Shown here piece after piece: positions 59,669 through 64,000 of a DNA stretch of 64,000 nucleotides (position 1 is its first letter; the number at the start of each line of letters is the position of its first letter). Made by a program: the position numbers and the translations under genes. Under the pieces are notes generated by a model. It worked only from the letters and a program-made list of their open reading frames with translations, did no database searches and was not told where the DNA came from. Source of the DNA: Emiliania huxleyi CCMP1516 (lineage: Eukaryota); assembly GCF_000372725.1 (NCBI RefSeq), contig NW_005201144.1, positions 1 to 64,000 of the forward strand. The letters run 5' to 3'.

Positions 59669-60772
59669 TCACTGCCCCGGCGCCCACGTCTCGATCTTCT
59701 TCGGCAGCAGCTGGTTCGACTCGTCCTCTCCGTGGCCTAGGCAGGCGTCTTCGCCCTCGCCCCAGGTAAAGACGGCGCTGTCGGCGGTGACAGCGATGCT
59801 GTGGTAGCCTCCCGCCGAGGTAGCGACGACGCGCTGGCCAGCAAAGGCCTCGACCATGTTCGGCAGCAGCTGGTTCTGCTCGTCGCCGTGGCCTAACCGG
59901 CCAAAGCATCCCCAACCCCAGCTCCAGACAGCGCCGTCGGCGGTGAGGGCGAGGCTGTGCGCTCCTCCAGCCGACACGGCGAGGACGCGCCGCCCAGCGA
60001 ACGCCTCGATCTTCTTCGGCAGCAGATCGTTCTGCTGGTCGCCGTGGCCCAGCCGGCCCCAGCCACCGTGGCCCCAGCTCCAGACGGCTCCGTCGGCGGT
60101 GAGGGCGAGGCTGTGCGCTCCTCCAGCCGACACGGCGAGGACGCGCTGCCCAGCCAACGCCTCGATCTTCTTCGGCAGCAGCTGGCGCTGCTCGTCGCCG
60201 TGGCCCAGCCGGCCCCCGCCTCCATAGCCCCAGCTCCAGACAGCTCCGTCGGCGGTGAGGGCGATGCTGTGGTGCAGTCCTGCCGACACGCTCACGGCGC
60301 GCTTGCCACACAGCGGAGAAGGGAGGCGGGTCGGCGTGTTGAGCCGCGTCACGCCCTCACCGTGGCCGAGGAGCTCTTGAGCCGAGCCGCACGACGAGAG
60401 CCGCCCCTCGCCGTCGATGAAGACGCTGTGCCGGTCGCCTGCCGTCGCCCTCGCCGGCGGGTTGGACTTGCACAGCAGCGCCGAATAGCACAGCCACCGC
60501 ACGGCGCAGCCCTCGCCCTCTGGCTGCGCCGGCAGCTGGTAGCCGCGTTCTTGCGCCCACAAGCGGATGGCCTCCACCGCAAGCGAGGCGTGAAAGACGA
60601 GGGAGACGGCCGTGACGCGAGCGATGTCGGCGGGGTCGCAGCGAGAGACGACGCGCACGAGGAGGTCCGTGGGGAGGTCGAGGAGGCGGGCGGGCGGCGG
60701 CGTGCTCGGCGAGGTAGCGGCGGTGGCGGAGGAGGCGAGGCGGCGCGAGCGGCGGCGCGGCGGGGTGGACAT
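59669..60772 (-). CDS. F-box-like plus RCC1-repeat protein
   Basis: LLDLPTDLLVRVVSRCDPADIARV (F-box-like); repeats VSAGGAHSLALTADGAVWSWGxGxxGRLGHGD. Confidence 0.88.
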   Translation of the reverse strand: MSTPPRRRSRRLASSATAATSPSTPPPARLLDLPTDLLVRVVSRCDPADIARVTAVSLVFHASLAVEAIRLWAQERGYQLPAQPEGEGCAVRWLCYSALLCKSNPPARATAGDRHSVFIDGEGRLSSCGSAQELLGHGEGVTRLNTPTRLPSPLCGKRAVSVSAGLHHSIALTADGAVWSWGYGGGGRLGHGDEQRQLLPKKIEALAGQRVLAVSAGGAHSLALTADGAVWSWGHGGWGRLGHGDQQNDLLPKKIEAFAGRRVLAVSAGGAHSLALTADGAVWSWGWGCFGRLGHGDEQNQLLPNMVEAFAGQRVVATSAGGYHSIAVTADSAVFTWGEGEDACLGHGEDESNQLLPKKIETWAPGQ

Positions 60773-61942
60773 CGCGAGAAAAAGAACTGTCGGCGCGATG
60801 GCCGCGGCGTACGGCTTAGGTGAGCAATTCCTCGCTGCGGCGCAGGACGAGGGCACATTCGGCGAGTGGCTCGACGAGCTACCCTTTGAGGTGGCTGCGG
60901 CGACCGCCCGGCTGCTCAAGCACCACGCGCGCTCCGGCGCGTGGGTCGAGCTCTCGCCCGGCAACCCCCAGGCCCCGCGCGCTGGCCGCGACCGCGACCG
61001 CTCGAGCCCGAACTGCCCGTCAGACATGTCGGAATTGTCGGAGAATAGCGACTAGCACACCTCTGTCGAGTCCCAGAAACCCGAGGAGTCACACAGTCCA
61101 CCTGTGTGATGCACGCCCTGCGAGCGGGGCGGGGTGCGCACTGTCCCTCTGTGTTCGTGTGCGTCGCCCATCTCTCCCTGGAGATGACTGCTCTATTTAT
61201 TTATTTATTTATGCCGTCCTCCCGTCTCTCGGGGCCGTTTTCTTTCTTTCTTTGTTTTAAAACGACGGATCGACAGGGCCGAGATGCGCCAGAGCCAAGT
61301 CAACCTCGCACTCTCGTCGCCAGGGGCTGGGCGCACATAGTCCTACCTTTCTACCTACCTACCTACCTGTTGTGCGAGAAAAAGAATTTAAAACAACAAC
61401 TCTCGCTCACAGCAGACAGGCTCGACACAGGTGCGAAAAAGAATCAACGAAGAGCCGAAACTTGGTGCTGCTCCGGAAAGTGAGAAACGCCCGGCAAACC
61501 TCCCATACGCGTGTTTGGTCGCTCCTTTCCTCGGGCTGTTCCACCTCCTTCCAACCTAGGCGGGGCGAGGGGGCGCGCGGGCGCGGGGTGCGGTACGGTG
61601 TGGGTGTGTACGTGTGATGTGACTGCAGGAAGTGACCATCCGTTATTAACAAGGAAGGCGCTCTCAAATAAGAATTTCCAGGCGATTTTTTCGAGGAAAC
61701 TCTGTGGGTTCTCGTGGCATGGGGCCCGGGCGGCCGTTGCTTTTCTTTTTTTAAGAAATTGGAAAGAAATTGGACGGACGCTCGCGATTCGCCCTCGGCC
61801 GCCTCACCCCCGCGCCACCCCCTCCGCTGCCTTGCCTACCCCACAACCCCCGATTTGGACGCCCGAGGGGCAGGAAGCCGAATTGGGTGAGAACGGAGTT
61901 CTCTGGTAAGCTCAGCTGTGAACTTCCCACATCCCAGTGAGC

Positions 61943-62701
61943 ATGTCCGCTCTCGCTCCTCCCCCGTGCCCTCCCACGTGTGATGCCGGCGAGGCGTGTG
62001 GCTTCTGCCTCATGATCGTAAGGTGCGGGGCTTGGGACGAGTTTTTTCGGTTCTGGGAGTCACCTCCATGCCAATCGAACCTCCGGCCAGGGGTCTGGTG
62101 TGCTGGCGATGGGCGGTGCGGCACACATGACCCGACAATCTTTGAATTCAGCCACTGCGACGCGGACGGGATGTATGTCCGCAAGGACTGCCGGATAGCC
62201 AACTCCCCTCCGCCGCCATCCCCGCCGCCTCCTCCACCGTCACCTCCACCGCCAATGCTCGAGTCTATACCGCCACAGCCCTCACCAACAGTACCAGTCC
62301 CCGTGGCGGCGCAATCTATTGATGAGGGAGGAAAGAGCTCTTGGGGTCAGCAGAGCCAACTGGAGCAACTAGGCCAGCCGGAGGCGCTAGCGCAGGCAGA
62401 CGCGAGCAACGGCACCACGAACGTAGAGCTTGTGCCTGCCTACAATGTCATCGCTGGCTTCCTGTTGTTGCCGTGGATTGTCCGTTGGCCGTCCAAGATG
62501 TGGATGATTATCATCTTCATCTCTGTCTTGCTCGTGCCAGCCGCGACGTTGCTATGCTACTATTTCGCTTGCGTCCATGCGGGACGCTCCTCTGAACGCC
62601 GCGGTACCCTCGTCCTCTCGGAGGACGAGGTCCCGGACTTTGACGAGGCTGCGGAATTCAAGCCTACGATGCAGCACCAGCCTTACAGTGGGAAGATCTA
62701 G
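61943..62701 (+). CDS. Hypothetical membrane protein (Cys-rich N-terminus, poly-Pro, TM segment)
   Basis: 252-aa ORF with hydrophobic MWMIIIFISVLLVPAATLLCYYF. Confidence 0.5.
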   Translation: MSALAPPPCPPTCDAGEACGFCLMIVRCGAWDEFFRFWESPPCQSNLRPGVWCAGDGRCGTHDPTIFEFSHCDADGMYVRKDCRIANSPPPPSPPPPPPSPPPPMLESIPPQPSPTVPVPVAAQSIDEGGKSSWGQQSQLEQLGQPEALAQADASNGTTNVELVPAYNVIAGFLLLPWIVRWPSKMWMIIIFISVLLVPAATLLCYYFACVHAGRSSERRGTLVLSEDEVPDFDEAAEFKPTMQHQPYSGKI

Positions 62702-62942
62702 AGCGTAGAGGTAGAGCACTCTGATGACAGATCTCAGTGTCAGTCCAATTTTAGGAGCTGGGTTGATGTGCAAAAAGAAAGGAAGACATTGACCGCACGA
62801 GGGAGCCGGGGCTAAAGCCGGCGGCGGCGCGCGCGGCGCGGATTTCCTTATAGAGGGCAAGTTTGATGCAACCCCCAAAAACAACCCTCGGCCGTCGCAA
62901 GCCCTCGCGAGTTCTTTTGCCCGTGGTGCACCGTATCAGGTA

Positions 62943-64000
62943 TCACTCTACATCAGAGTCATCACTTGCTCGTGCGGACACGTCTGCCGCCACGACGTCG
63001 AGCCAGCGCCTCGCGACGGCCGCCCACGTCTCGGAGCGCAGCGTCGGCGTGTCGACGGACGGCAGCGCGCCGCGGGCCTTCCACTCGAGCAGGATCTCGG
63101 CCGCCCTGGCCGCCGCCGCGCGCTGCGTGCTCGGCTCCGTCGGGTCGCCCTCGACGCGGAGGACGTAGTCCTTGCTCGGGTCGGAGAAGACGGCGACGCT
63201 CGAGGTGAGCGGCACGCAGCCGAGCATCGCGGCCTCGCGCACGGCGATGCAGTCGATCTCGGGCCAGTCGCCCACATAGTAGAGGAGCTGCGCGCGCGCC
63301 TTGGCGCGCAGCAGCTCCAGCTGCCCGACGCGGCCGTGGTCGACCACGCTCGGCCCAAAGCTCGCGAGGAGCGCCTTCATGCCGTCGCGCCACGCCGAGG
63401 CTGGGTGGAGCAGCTCGTGCGTGCGCCAGCCGTAGTACACGTGCAGCGTCGCGTCGGGCACGCGCGCCAGCAGCGCCGGCCAGCCGTGGCGCAGCATGTG
63501 CTCGAGGCCGCGGTCGTACGACGACGTGTACACCAGCCGCGGCGCGGCGGGGCGGGGCGCGCCGGCGTCGGCCTCGGCCGCTGGCGCCGCGGGCTGCCGC
63601 CGCTCGGCCTTGACTCTGGCGACCATATCTCCCCGCATCTCCCCGTCTCTCCCCGTCTCTCCCCATACCTCGGCCTTGACTCTGGCGACCAGCTCCTCGT
63701 CGACGCCGTTGGGGAGGACGCAGGCGGGCGTACCCGAGGCGACGGGCGGCAGGACGCCGCGCTGGAACTCGCTCTTGCACATGAGGCGGTCCACGCGCGC
63801 GAGGCGGCGCGGCGACATGTCGCGCCGCCGCGGCATGTCGTGCAGATCGAGCAGCACGAGCCGCGCGTCGAGGGGCTCGTCCAGCAGCTCGAGCGAGCGC
63901 CACGCGATGAGCGTGCCGAAGCTGTCGGACGGGTTGAAGGCCGCCACGTCCACGAGCCGCACGCCGCGCCACTCGCGCTCCGTCGCCGCCGCCGCCGCCG
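62943..64000 (-). CDS. GT-B fold glycosyltransferase (GT4-like), 3' part
   Basis: LVYTSSYDRGL and EIDCIAVREAAMLGCVPL (EX7E motif), PNGVD; intron 63603-63668. Confidence 0.85.
   Translation of the reverse strand, partial: AAAAATEREWRGVRLVDVAAFNPSDSFGTLIAWRSLELLDEPLDARLVLLDLHDMPRRRDMSPRRLARVDRLMCKSEFQRGVLPPVASGTPACVLPNGVDEELVARVKAEVWGETGRDGEMRGDMVARVKAERRQPAAPAAEADAGAPRPAAPRLVYTSSYDRGLEHMLRHGWPALLARVPDATLHVYYGWRTHELLHPASAWRDGMKALLASFGPSVVDHGRVGQLELLRAKARAQLLYYVGDWPEIDCIAVREAAMLGCVPLTSSVAVFSDPSKDYVLRVEGDPTEPSTQRAAAARAAEILLEWKARGALPSVDTPTLRSETWAAVARRWLDVVAADVSARASDDSDVE

Noticed and set aside
59669..60772. UVR8 photoreceptor next to the LOV gene
   Set aside because: Lacks the GWRHT tryptophan motifs and has an F-box-like N-terminus

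Overview
GC-rich, intron-containing eukaryotic DNA. The GC-AG/GA-AG introns, 10-11 bp intronic minisatellites and plastid-type presequences suggest a haptophyte alga such as Emiliania/Gephyrocapsa (inference). The window holds about 25 genes or pseudogenes: an SLC13-type transporter, several ankyrin and ankyrin-U-box paralogs, a purple acid phosphatase, a CREST/ceramidase-like protein, a CHAT protease, a QRT3-like protein, a 4x fasciclin protein, an FBPase pseudogene, an LNR-kringle protein, NDUFS8, a DnaJ protein, an MBD-like/PHD/SET protein, an F-box-RCC1 protein and a GT-B glycosyltransferase. It also holds an apparently intact piggyBac, hAT-like MITEs and several families of retroposon 3' ends. 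Two signals stand out. (1) Many introns consist of a duplicated piece of the flanking exon plus an inserted 10-11 bp ATCTC-core minisatellite, with splice sites supplied by the duplication; this is a candidate intron-generating process that would also explain the GC/GA donors. (2) A LOV-RGS-LOV photoreceptor-like protein has two non-equivalent LOV domains and a repeated HxxHxxxC motif. All calls were made by eye; no searches were run.
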